DNA from: Podarcis bocagei
Lineage: Eukaryota
Length of the DNA: 64,000 nt
Assembly: GCA_964188305.1 (NCBI GenBank)
Contig: OZ076895.1
Direction: 5' to 3' (one strand)
The notes beneath the pieces were generated by a model that was not told the origin of the DNA, did no database searches, and was given only the letters and a program-made list of their open reading frames with translations. Shown here piece by piece: positions 50,001 to 62,700 of the stretch (position 1 is the stretch's first letter; every line of letters starts with the position of its first letter). The position numbers and the translations under genes are program-made.

Positions 50001-52960
50001 AAAGCTTACTGTGGCAGCCCTTGATCACACAAATCTTAATGTGGTACACTTGAGGTACTATATTGGTACAGTAGTGTTTTCTGCTTTATGGGAAAGGCTC
50101 TTGCATTTGCAAAATATAATATATGAGCCATGCTTTAAGTCAAATAAGCCCGTTTGAGTATGTTAAGGCAAGAAAGGAAGTCGGAATAATACGTTAAGAC
50201 AGACCTCCCTTCATAGTCCAGTTGTTGTTACTGCTGGGGCAGTCCTTACAACATCACCTCTCTGCACTTAGAGTGTCCTTGCATCCATGGGAAATGCAAC
50301 GATGATATTAAAGGCGATGGCTCTTGCGAATGCGATGTTGGCTGGAGAGGTGTGAAATGCGACGAAGGTAAGTGTGATTGCTCTCCATCACTCTGAGCTA
50401 CCATTTGAGGCTTCAGATTTAAAACTCAGAGCTCAAGGCAGTGAAGGCACCATCACTGAAGCTGCACAGGTTCACTTTTCTTTCAGACCAGCTGAATGTG
50501 AACCTGAAATTAGGCCTTCACTCTTTCTGGTCCCATTGTCTGCAGTTCATCAAAATTCCTTCCAAGACACTGTCTGCAAGTTTAGACCTTCAGCTCTCTC
50601 AGTGCTTTAGTCCTCTGGTTGAGTAGATAATTTTTGTTTTCGGGGGTTTTTAATGAAATATACACTGTCCTTAAAAACTCAGTGCAGTTCTGAGAAAGAG
50701 CATGGCATGTGTTCTGAATTGATCTGTGCATCAGCCATTCTGCAAGCATAGATAAACTCTTTGATGAGCAGGGTAAATTGCGATTGTATACTGTTGACTA
50801 ACAAAGTAATTTTACTCCTGCAGAAATCAAAGGTGATAAATGCAACAGTACCTGCCACACCAGTGCCAAGTATGTATGACAGCAATTTATCTAATAATAT
50901 TTAGGCTGCATTCAAACAACACCTTTCTCCAGCAACTGTAGCACGAACATTGAAACAGAGGGTGGGGGCTTGGCAAAAATAGGCACCAACCAACATGGGA
51001 GTTTTGCAGTAGTCATTCACAGGAACAGTATCCAAATTTAAGCTGTTAAAGCATATGGACCAGCAACAATTGGCATAGAAATTGTCATAATTGCCCTGCA
51101 ACATAAGTTTCAGACACTCTAATTTGACATACCTGACACTTTAAAAAACTCAACTAGAAACTGATTGTCCTAGTTTAAAGTTCTCTAAGAGGTTAGATTA
51201 CATAAAATTTCAAGCCACTGACCTGCTTATAATTTAACTCACCACTTACAGATTTTTGAAATATTAAGCAGTATATACCGTATTTTCCGTCCCATAGGAC
51301 GCACCGGCCCATAGGACGCACCTAGTTTTTGGGGGGGGGAATAAAGGGGGGGAAATTCCTTTATTTCCCCCCCAAAAACCAGGTCGGGGAATCCAAACCA
51401 GGTCGGCGAACAGCGGGATGGCAGTGCTCCACCTCCCCACTGTCCCCCGAAATTGTGGGGCTGGCGATGGGGAGAAGCAAGCTTACTTCTCCCCACTGCC
51501 AGCCTCCAAACCAAGTCGGGGAATAGCGGGATGGCGGCGCTCCGCTTGTGGGGCTGCCCGATGTCTGCACAGAGCGTGGGGCGCTCTGCTTCAGTGCGCC
51601 CTGCGCTCCGTGCAGCAGGCTGCGGATGTCTGCACGGAGCGCAGGGCGCGCTGAAGCAAAGCACTCCGTGCAGCAGGCTGCTATCCGCAGCCTAGGGAGC
51701 CCTGCGAGAACTCCCGCGGGCTCCCCAGGCTTGCTGATAGCTTCCTGAAGCCTGGAGAGCGAGAGGGGTTGGTGCGCACGACCCCTCTCGCTCTCCAAGC
51801 TTCAGCGAAAGCCTGCATTCGCCCCATAGGACGCACACAGATTTCCCCTTCATTTTTGGAGGGGGGAAAGTGCATCCTATAGGGCGAAAAATACGGTAAA
51901 TGCTTTTAAACAAAGTAAAATAAATAAAATGATATGCTTGGTATGCACTGGATAATATTGTACCAAAAATTGCGTAAAACATTCTACAGTGTGTATGAAA
52001 TTAGTGTAAGAGGTGAGTGCTGCCAAAGCCAGCATAGATAAAACTCCAGGCTCGCTGCCAATTTCTGTCTTTTAGATTTATTTACAAAGTTCAAAAAGGT
52101 TTCCAGAGCTTCAAAGCATGTCGGACCCTGTCTCATTAGATGCCTCGAATGGCTTCTTCTTACTCCTCCTTCCCCAGCAGGCTAATCGGCAGAAACTCTT
52201 ACTTCCTCTGTTCAAAGAATAGCTAGTTCCGGGCTCAGCATCCCCCCTCCCTGCCTCTTCTTCGCTGTCAGATGAGAGGCTGCTAATTAGCTCTTTCGGC
52301 TCTCTATGTGCTGGTTTCCCCTCTCGGCTCTCTAGCCGTTTGCACTTCCCTGACAGTTAGGATTGGGCTTTTGGCCCCACATGCTATGTTTTTAGAAAAT
52401 ACAGCTTTCTAAAGATTGCCGTAGAGATTTTAGATCTGCTTTCTTGGGTCTGTCAACCTTTTGGGGAAAAAGTGTTGTATGAAATAAGCAGTGGTGATGC
52501 TGCAAAATAAGTAGTTTTGTTTTACTTTCCTTTTTCCATCTCAGCTGCCTTCTCAATTCCTATGGCAGAGCATACTGCAAGTGTGCAGCAGGGTTTAAAG
52601 GGAACGGGACATATTGTACAGGCAAGTAGACTTTGTCCTTTTCCATTTGACATACCATATTCACTGTGCCTCCCATTCACAAGAAACTGGTGGGGCCGGA
52701 GGCTGGGAAAATACCAGAACCACCATTTGTTTCAATGAATAGGACTGTTCCACTCACAAGTGGTCATGTGTGGTGTCTGCTCCCCACTCCCTTGAGGGGT
52801 GAGGAGTTTCTGAAGCAGCATGGCATGACTCATGATACTCCCTTCAGAGGGGAGAGCACTGAAGGTTACAATGTTTTTTTAAAAAGTATATTCTTTATTT
52901 GCAAATATGCAAATAGTGTTGATATATAAGGGTCTATGCATGCAGAGGAAAAAAGACAGG

Positions 52961-53011
<51 letters not shown>

Positions 53012-56000
53012 TTTATTTATATCCCGCCCTCCCCAGCCGAAGCCGGGCTCAGGGCGGCTAACAACACTAAAATAGTGCAACATTATAAAAACATCATAAG
53101 AATTAATTAAAATCAAAATTGATGGCAACCATAAACTAAGTATTGTAAAGATTGCCAAAGGAGGGAGTCAGGCTGTGCCCTAACCAAAGGCCTGGTGGAA
53201 CAGCTCTGTCTTGCAGGCCCTGCGGAAAGATGTCAAGTCCTGCAGGGCCCTTGTCTCTTGTGACAGAGCGTTCCACCAGGTTGGAGCCGCAGCCGAAAAA
53301 GCCCTGGCTCTAGTTGAGGAAAGGGTTAAGTTGGGTGTGCTGGCTAATTTGTCTTTCACCTGAAACTAGTTAAGCATGTGAGAGTAACTCAGCACAATCT
53401 AAAGTAGAAATCCACTTGTGTTGGAAGCAAGTTTGCTCTTGGCCAGAGCCTAGTCTGTGCTGGAACACTGCAAGGAGGCTGTATACTGCTGGAAGGACTG
53501 TATACTACAACTGTACATAACCTAAAAGCTGTGGGAACTGCGTTGTACTGTCAGTAAAGGGACTGACCCTACCTAAAACTGTGGAGCTTTTTGGTTCCAT
53601 TGGCGCACTCCGCTGGCGTGGTGAATGGGGACTCTGCACACGCTCCAACAAATGGTAGGACATCGATAGAGGCAAACAGCAAGGCAGCTAATGTTCCCAC
53701 AGAGAACGTTCCCCAACAGTGCTTCTCTCTTTCTCAGCATTTGGCCCAAACTGCAAACTGCCATTTGGTGTCACACACAGCATACATCAACACTCTGCCC
53801 CCACTGTATGGTTGTATTTTTCTGGCAAATCTATGTGTGCTACTGCATGCTATTTGAAATCACCCAAAGCAGCTTGAGGATTGCAGCCATACTTTATATT
53901 CTTTGTTATTTCACAGCTATCAATGCATGTGAAACCAGCAATGGAGGTTGTTCTCTCAAAGCAGAATGCAGACGCACCACTCCAGGAAACAGAGTGTGTC
54001 TTTGCAATGCAGGTTACACTGGAGATGGGATCGTCTGCTTTGGTAGGTGCTTGTTTTATAGTTTAAGATCTTAAGAGACTGATAAATAGGCAGCATGACT
54101 ACATAATATATGTATTGATACATTCTCATGTAAACCATAAATGTTTTGTTTTTTAAGACAGTTAGCTGCTTGGAGATTAGGGCGATTGCTGATTTTCTGA
54201 ACTGAGTCACGAGTCACAACCTTACCTCTTAGGAATATTTTTTTTATAATCATGCAGACATGGTTTCACATGTTCAGAGAGTGAAGGTATTAACAGGACA
54301 GAACCATTTCATAATTCACATGTAGGGTGGTTTGATTCAAAGTGGCCCCAAGTAAAAATAAAAATAAAATCTCCATGCATAAGAAAATCTTTACACATTT
54401 GACAAAACTTGCAGACTTTTGATGTGACTGCAAGTCCTTTAGCTCCTTCAAGGAAAGGAGTATAGCATTGCCATCACAAACTGCTACAAATACCATAATC
54501 TTATTTTACCCTTGTAGCCAAACCAAGGGGGATCCTAGTGGGCAACAGCAAGCAAGAATTATTGGAAACTAGTAGCTTTCATTTGGCAGTGCCTCTCAGA
54601 ATCAGAACAGTACTCACATTTTTTCCTCTGTTGTGTTTGTCACATAAAGAAATCAATCCCTGTGTGAAGAATAATGGTGGGTGTGATAAAAATGCAGAGT
54701 GCACTCACACTGGACCCAATCAGGTAAGCAATGATCCTATCTCATTTTGATGCACATTGCAGGCATTAATTTGTTGATGCTGCTGCTGCTACTGTTGCTG
54801 TTACATAGATTGATTACTAGCACTTACAATCCACCTAAAATTTCCTGAGCACTAAGTGCATGTGTTAGAAGATAAGCCAATTCCTGCCCACAGGCTCGCA
54901 ATCTAATACATGTGATACAAAAGAAAAGGGAATCATGAAGAAAGAATAAAGCAAGTACTGGAACAGTTGGCTGAGGGGATGGGGCCAAGCTGATCTCTAC
55001 CCATGCCAATATGTTCTTCCTGGAAGGCAAAAGGTACTATCTGACTGGCCCTCCGGAGTCCCCTGGCCAGTGTTGAAGGCCAGAGAACACTTCCTTTCAG
55101 CTCTGCAGCCCTATGGCAACTGGCAGTGGGAGATCATTGTGGCAGGGAAGCAAGAAGGAAGTTTCCCTCACCTGCTTCTTCTCCTACCAATGAATGGGGT
55201 CAGGCTCACCTCCCATGAATCATAGGTTATAGAATGGCAGCATATGATCCTATGAAGGTGCCTTAAACTGAGACAGGTCATTGATCCATTTAGCCATGTA
55301 CAGTGGTTCTTTGGCCTCTTGGGCAGGGTGAGGAACCTCAGGCCCAGAGGTCAAATGTGGCCCTCTGGGCCCCTCTGGCCAGCCCTGAGACTCTCCTCAG
55401 GCCACACACCCTTCTCCCCAGGTTACACACCCTTCTCCCCACTTACATCCTTCCTCAAGTGCTTTTGCCTGACTAGAATATGTCCTTGAAGTGTGTAGAA
55501 ACCTCAGATTTTTGGTTGTGACTGTAGTGTAGCCTACTGAACAATGGTAAGATTGTTGCTGTTCATTACCCTTGGCTTCCTCTCAGCACTCCCTCTGGCA
55601 CATGGTCCCAGAATGTGGTCCTCTGGCTGAAAAAGATTCCCAACAGTATTTCCCACCATGTGCTGCCTGAGATAATTTTTAACTAAAAATGCCAGGGATT
55701 GAAACTTGAGATCTCTTTGCACCCAAAGTTCTTGTTCTGTTGCTGACTGTGGTTTGGGAATGGGAGGGGGGGGGAGTCCTTTCCCATAGAGTGGTACCTC
55801 AGGTTACAGACGCTTCCATTCGTGGGATATTTTTATATGTGTTATAACAGTAGATGGCGCTGTGGAGTCCCGTAATGAAGTTTACAACGCGTTTTCCTGA
55901 AATGTCTTTTTGATGTATCTAGCCCCAGCCAATGTGCGTGCCATACTTTGAGCACAGAATTATGAATTCCAAAATATTAGGTTTTGTGGGGTTTTTTAAA

Positions 56001-59000
56001 AAAACCCCACTAATATTTTGAGGATTCTTGCAAATAACTTTATGGACTAAATAAAAGTAAGTTGCCTAGGTAACGAGGTCTATTTTTATTCCACTGAGCT
56101 ATGTAAGATAAATTGGAATGACAAAGACCTAACTTGTTATACTCTAATTGCAACATTTTCCCCCTTTTCTTTTTAAAAATATTAATATTAAGCCTTATTT
56201 ATTTTCGAGAGCCAATTATATTCTCTTTGCAGAACTTAACATTGTTTCTCTCCCCCCGCCCCTTTCTCCTGGCAGGCAGTGTGTAATTGTTTAAAAGGAT
56301 ATTCTGGCAATGGCAAAACATGCACCTACATCAGTCTCTGTTCCTATGTGAGTAGATTTCATATCAGCCTGGTTTTTCATTGACAATGTGCTTTGAGGTG
56401 TGTCTCTTACCAAGCAGACAAAGATCCATTCAAGGCAGGAATCCCAAACAAGAACTTTTTAACATCTCCTGCAGGTAGATGAGAAACTGGCATCTACTGG
56501 CCCTGTTCGTGGCTGCCATTTGCTTGTATTTCAGCTACACATGAAAGTGCAGCCAGCCTACTTTATTTGCTCTGAACTTAAACCTGAGGCAGGAGTGAAC
56601 TCACCAGGATCAGCCTAGTGTATTTCTTCCGCAGCTGGGTTGCTGCAGCCCATGCAAGAGAGGACGAGGGAGGAAAACTTTCAAGGAAGGTTTGAGACTC
56701 CATGCTTCCTTTTAAAAGTCAGTCCACAAGATTCACATTCCAGACTTGCTTCACCGTCTCAGGGTCCTTAGTTACCATCGCAGCAAAATCTCTGGGTCCA
56801 TCTCTCCCACAGTGCCTCACTCTGAGAAAGTATCCCCGCTGGGGACTGAGTGAGTGGCGGTTCATGGAGGAGGGAGCAACAGAAAAAGGGGAAAGGGCAA
56901 TGACAGAAGGTGCAGGCAGACTGCTTTAGGTAAAGAAAGGGAGGTCACCGTCGACAACGGAGAACCTTTGAGCAAAAGCAGGGCATTTCACCATTTTTAC
57001 AGAGCTCTTACAGAGCAGCTGTGGTGCAGACATAATCAAAGGCTGATTGGCCCTTTTTTGCCTGATCTGAGGATTGAGAGCATTGACATTTGAATCCCAA
57101 GTGAAAGACAAGAAAAGTGTTCCTTCCTTTCCTTGCATATGGGCTTCTTATTGCCAGCTTATTGCTTTCTTCAGTATCTGTAAAGCTCTTTAAAATTGGA
57201 TTTTAACATTTATTTATTTATTACAGCTAATCCTGTATTACTGTCATTCAGCATGCAATCTGGCTCTGTAACACAGCTGATCCCTCTGAGGCTTAGTATA
57301 TTTTCCAATTTAAAAGTTAGGTTTTCCAATAACTCATATCAATGATCTAGGTAGACAGTTGGGGCATTGCCCCATCTAAAGCAGTGCTCTGCCCCACCTA
57401 GGATTTGCAGGGCAAAGGGAAGGAAATGGTATTTTTAATTTATGGCATGACAGCAACAGCCTCCATGTAGTATGTAGACCATGGAAGAGTCGCATATAAG
57501 AGTGGTGTGTTGGACTCCATCTCCAGGCTTTCCCTTTGCTCTGCTTTTCAGTTTCCGTTTCAGCTGTGTTCTCAATATGAAGTTTGCTGCTTCTTAAATC
57601 CTTATGATTATGGATTTCTGTGCCACTGAGTGGGCAGTGTTGACTATGGAAGGGTCACGTCCCATTGAAATGAGCAAGGTGTAAAAGTTATTCACTTAAT
57701 CCATAGATTTATTCTTTTTCTTAAACTAGAACTGAGATGTATCTTCTTCAGAGGAGATTTTGTTTAATGTTGGGTTCCCTTCCTAACAGGATAATGGTGG
57801 CTGTTCGCAAAATGCCCTCTGCAATGATACTGAATACTCAGAAAGGACCTGTACCTGTCGAACCAGTTACGTTGGAGATGGATTTACTTGCAGAGGCAAT
57901 ATATTTGCGGTAAAACTTCCTTTTTTATTGTAGAATGTTGTGCTACAGCTTTCATTATCCCTGGCCATTGGGCATTCTTGCTGGGGCTGATGAGAGTTGT
58001 AGTTCATCAACATCTGAAGGGCCAAAGGTTCCCCACACCCGGCCTACATCGTTTCTATTTTGTCATTGCTGCCTTCTGTAATCAATCAATCAATCTATTT
58101 ATTTATTTATTTATTTATTTTTATAGGAACTTGCAGCAGATTACAACACTACTCGGTTTAAGGGATATCTAACGGTAAGATAGACGTGCCCTCCCAGGTC
58201 CTGATCTCTATCAGTGATCATTTTCACTCACACATTTTGAAAGCTTTGCCAAAGTTGTTATTTATAGGCAAAGCACACGTGATAAACATGATCAGCCATA
58301 TTGTAGATGAGCCGTCAGTTACTTGTTTTTCCAGACTTAAGTTCAGCTTGCCACATTTCTGCATTGGTTTGTGATTTATTTATTTATTTTAATGTCCTCG
58401 TGTAAATTAATCAGCACTTTAGCGCACTTTTTTCCTGATGAACATTTTTGTATGCACTTTTCCTAATACACGTGTTTTGCAAGCTATTTTTTAAATGTTA
58501 TTTGCACCTATATGTGCATTTTATAACACTTTACCCCAATATACATTTTTAGCCTGAAATGTTTAACATTTTGCCTTTCTTTCTTGTAGGACTCTAACAT
58601 CAATGACATTGCCGGAGCCGGCCCATTCACTGTTTTTGCACCAACCAACCAAGCATATCTAACCACACCAAAAGTAAGCAAATCAATCTTAATAATGCAG
58701 ATCGGCCTTATACTTAAGCACTAGCCTGGTAGACATAGCCAACAATAAACTATATGCCGGGGAGCATCTGGCATTCCTTACAGATGGGTGAGACGGGTGG
58801 AGATGGAGGGATAAAGTGTTCCATTCTTTCTCTGTGCCAAGCATAGAAATGCAGGAATCCCGCCTCTGCCAGCCCCCAGTAAACATTTATTCAGTCTAGT
58901 AACTTACACGCATGGTGGCAAGAAGTTCTAGGGACAGGGCTGCTGAGCTTAATTTCATTTAGATAACAAAGCCCTAGAGCCTTATGTTATCTTGGTGGCT

Positions 59001-59702
59001 TGTGCTTTATTTGGAAATATACAACAGAGCATCAGTGGAAGCAAACAGACACTCCTAACAAGGCAGCAGATCCATTACCCTGGATTAGATCCCTACAGTG
59101 AGGCGATTCCTCCCTCCCAAGGTAGTGCTGTAGGAAAGCATTGTCACACCAACCCAAACGCAGAGTGGTGCCAGATTCCAGCGGTTCCAGGCACTTACCT
59201 AGGGGTTTGTGTTACCTTTGGAATGCGGTACAGCAGATACACTGCCGTCTTTATGATACATGCTTTACTTACACAAATATACAACCTGAGCCTACAATGG
59301 ACAGGTTCACAACATTAACGCCCCAAAAGGGTCTTGCTTCTCCAATATCTTTCCGCAGGGCCTGAAAGACAGAGCTGTTCCTCCAGGCCTTTGGTCAGAG
59401 TTCAGTCTGATTCTTCTCTTTCTGTATAAGAACTAGCATTAAAGAGGCCTCCTAGCCCGCTCACAGGTCCTTTATAAGACCAGTGGTAACAGTTGGCCCT
59501 GGAGAATATTAACCACTCTCAGTTTTACCCATGGACTGCCATCTGTCCAGATTTTAATTTGCTCTGAACTAATTTTAAGATGTATTTTAATTGATTGCCG
59601 GTTTTTATGTTCTTATGTTCTTTGTATACTGTGTTAGTTTTATGATGTTAGCTGCCCTGAGCCTGGCTCCGGTCGGGTAGGGCAGGGTACAAATAAAAAT
59701 TA

Positions 59703-59755
<53 letters not shown>

Positions 59756-62700
59756 TAATAAAAAAATAATAATAGCCATAGTCTTTGATTCCAGAAGAAA
59801 TCAGGCATGGTTCCGACTCTCTGCCTTCCTAGCCTGCTGCCTTGCTTCTATCTCACATGACTCCATTTTCCACTCTGGCCTTTGTCTAACTACCAGCAAA
59901 TCGAGGAAGGTGGCCCCCCAGCCATTTTCTCCCTGGCACAGAACCACTTCCTTTGTTACCTTAACCCATATTTAGGGCCATAACCTCACCGGGAAACCAG
60001 TCTGGCTATTCCAGGAATTTGATCCATGCTGGATCCATGAATTCGAAGGGTATTGGCGTACAGCCCTCCCCACCCTCAACTCATAACAGTATATTAATAT
60101 TTCCAGCCCTTGACACACTGTGGAGTAAACCCCATTGAACACAGTTGACTTGCTTCCAAGTAAACATGTACCAGAGTAGGCTGCACCATTTATGTGCCTC
60201 AGATCCCAGACTCCCACCTCATGGTAATGAGACAGCAAAATCAACAGCAGTATTTTGGGTGCATTTGCAGCAGTACCATTTGCTCCCCCGCCTTACCTAT
60301 TATGTTTTCTGACTGTTGTCTAAGGTTAATGACTGGAATCTCAAAGGTTGGATGCCCCAGATTCTTCGCTATCATATAGTAGGCTGTACAGCGCTGCTCT
60401 CTAGTGATATGACATCTGATAAAACTGTCACCACTCTCCATGGAGATCAGCTCAAGATCACATTCTCACAGGTAACTAAGCCTTGGGCAGCATATGTGTA
60501 ATGTCACCTCCTTAGAAAACAGAGATGCAGTCTTCTTAAGGTGTTGGGATGGATCAGCATTAGCTCAGATGGATGCTAATCTAATGGGTCGATGGTTGCA
60601 AGCCACCAGATGAGCTCTTCTGCAGCATTGCATTAACAACTCACTGGGTCACCACAGGTGACAATGAATGCTTTGCAGGTGAGTAGGTGAACTGGCGGGC
60701 AAATCCCACTACACTTAGCTTCCATGCTAGCTATGGAAGAAAGAAAGCCCATTCCTCCTCTACCAACCCACTTGGTGTGGGATAAATAAGCCTCATATAA
60801 CCAACATGCTTAACTCTAATTAATGCATGAAGGGGTTAAGACCATAGAGTAAGCTGTCCTGCCAGGCTTAGTTAGGTCACACCCCCTTACATTGGGAGGA
60901 AGGGATACCAAACTCTTTGTTCTCTCTCTCTTCCACCATGTAACCCTACCAGGAAAGACATCTGGTCTGGTTGTTCCCAGCTCAGAATGTGTGGCTTTAG
61001 CAAGCCATCTCTGTTTCTATACAAATAATTTAGAAACTCTTATCAATTTATAACTCAAGTTTAACTGTATATGTTTTGTTGCTGCTATATGGAAAAACAC
61101 ATGAATCTGACCTTTGAAGAGTTTGTAAATAAATGATTTTTAATTTACCAAACATGTGGTCTCTTTCTATGCTAAGTGGAAGTGGGAAACTTTGGAAAGG
61201 ACTTAGAAGGGAATGAGCTATGGCCAGTCTGGGTGGGCAGAGTCATTCTGGGTTTGAAGGTACTTCATTGAGAAACTTCCACCTGCAGTTTGATGGCTCA
61301 ACAGAGAGGGAAGCTGCACACAGTTCCAGCTACTGGTGAAATGCATTTAAGTCCCTGGATTTTTATCGCATTGCCTAATTTCCTGGTACATTTATTCTAT
61401 TTTAAAACAAATGTGAAACCACGCACTAGTAGAATCCATACCTTGTTTTTTGTGTTTGTTTTCAGAATTCAGTTTTTTTGAATGGAGATGCTAAGATTTT
61501 AACCAGTGATTTAATCTGCACAAATGGGGTAATACATCTCATAGACAAGGCCTTGTTTCCACAGAAGATTCAAGAGTTCCCTCCTGGACAACCAAAAACT
61601 CAAAGGGTGTGTAAAATTTATGCTGGTGTTTTCATCTAATTAAAAGTTGTTCAGTCACATTTTTACTACTTTGCTTTCAGCTGATTAGTCGCTTAACTAG
61701 TTGAAATAAAGATTACAGTGTGTCACTTAGGTGATATGTCTGCCATAATTAATTGCCATAGTTGTTTGTTCTTACTAAAACATAGATAAATCATAATTGT
61801 TTCCAAAAAAAGACTGCATTGTTTTGTTAAGTAATTCAATTAGATCATTTGCATCAATAATTTCAACAGTAACTACATTTTGCTAACCTGTGCTTGATTT
61901 TATTGATTTAATTATTTGCTACATTTCTATCCCACCTTTCCTCCAAGGAAAGCACATTTGATTCCCCTCCCATTTTTATCCTCAGAACCCTGTGAGGTTG
62001 GTCAGGCTGAGAGGCTGTGGCTTACTCCGTGAGCTTGATAGCTGAGTGAGGATTTGAACCCTGGTCTCCCGAGTCCTAGTCCAGCTCTCTAACCACTAGA
62101 TGTCACTGTCTCTTGCTTTTCTTATGTTTCATAAACATGTGGAAGAAGACTTTGTAAAGGGCTGAAAAGCAGAAGTGAGAGCCTGTAACTCTTCTAGCTG
62201 CTATCACTATAGAGCAGTCTTGGAAAACCTGGGGCCCTCCAAATGTTTTGCACCAGAACTCCCATCAGCTGACTGGGTGTAGTCCATGGTGTGTCTCTTC
62301 TCCTCCGAGAAAACAACAAAAACAAAAGCTATACAGAGCAGAAACAGCGTATTTCCCTTTCCGCTCACAAGACTCCAATAATCAGTGCTGGAATGTAAAC
62401 AGACATGTGACATGTAACAATCCCACACACACCTGCAGCATGGGAGGAATGGAATTCTCAACAGTCCAAAACACCTGGAAGGTTCCAGGTTGAAGGCTGC
62501 CCTACAGAGCAACGTGGGACTTAGCCCAGTGCTTCTCTTCTCTTTGGACCAAACTAGATCATAGTGCTAAATATGCCACTTGGGTCCCAGGGTTGTGTTT
62601 TCAGTTGTTAATAGCCACCATAGGTGAGGGAGAAACAATTTTCATCAGAACTGTGGTGAGGCATGGCTAACCCTTCCTCTCTCACTATTTCCCAGACAAA

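Noticed and set aside
11931-60324. Five AAG splice acceptors (exons 8, 11, 36, 43, 48)
   Set aside because: AAG acceptors are a normal minority class; 5 of 50 is not convincingly unusual.
60542-61303. Possible solo LTR (TGTTG...CAACA, internal AATAAA)
   Set aside because: No target-site duplication found and no second copy in the window.
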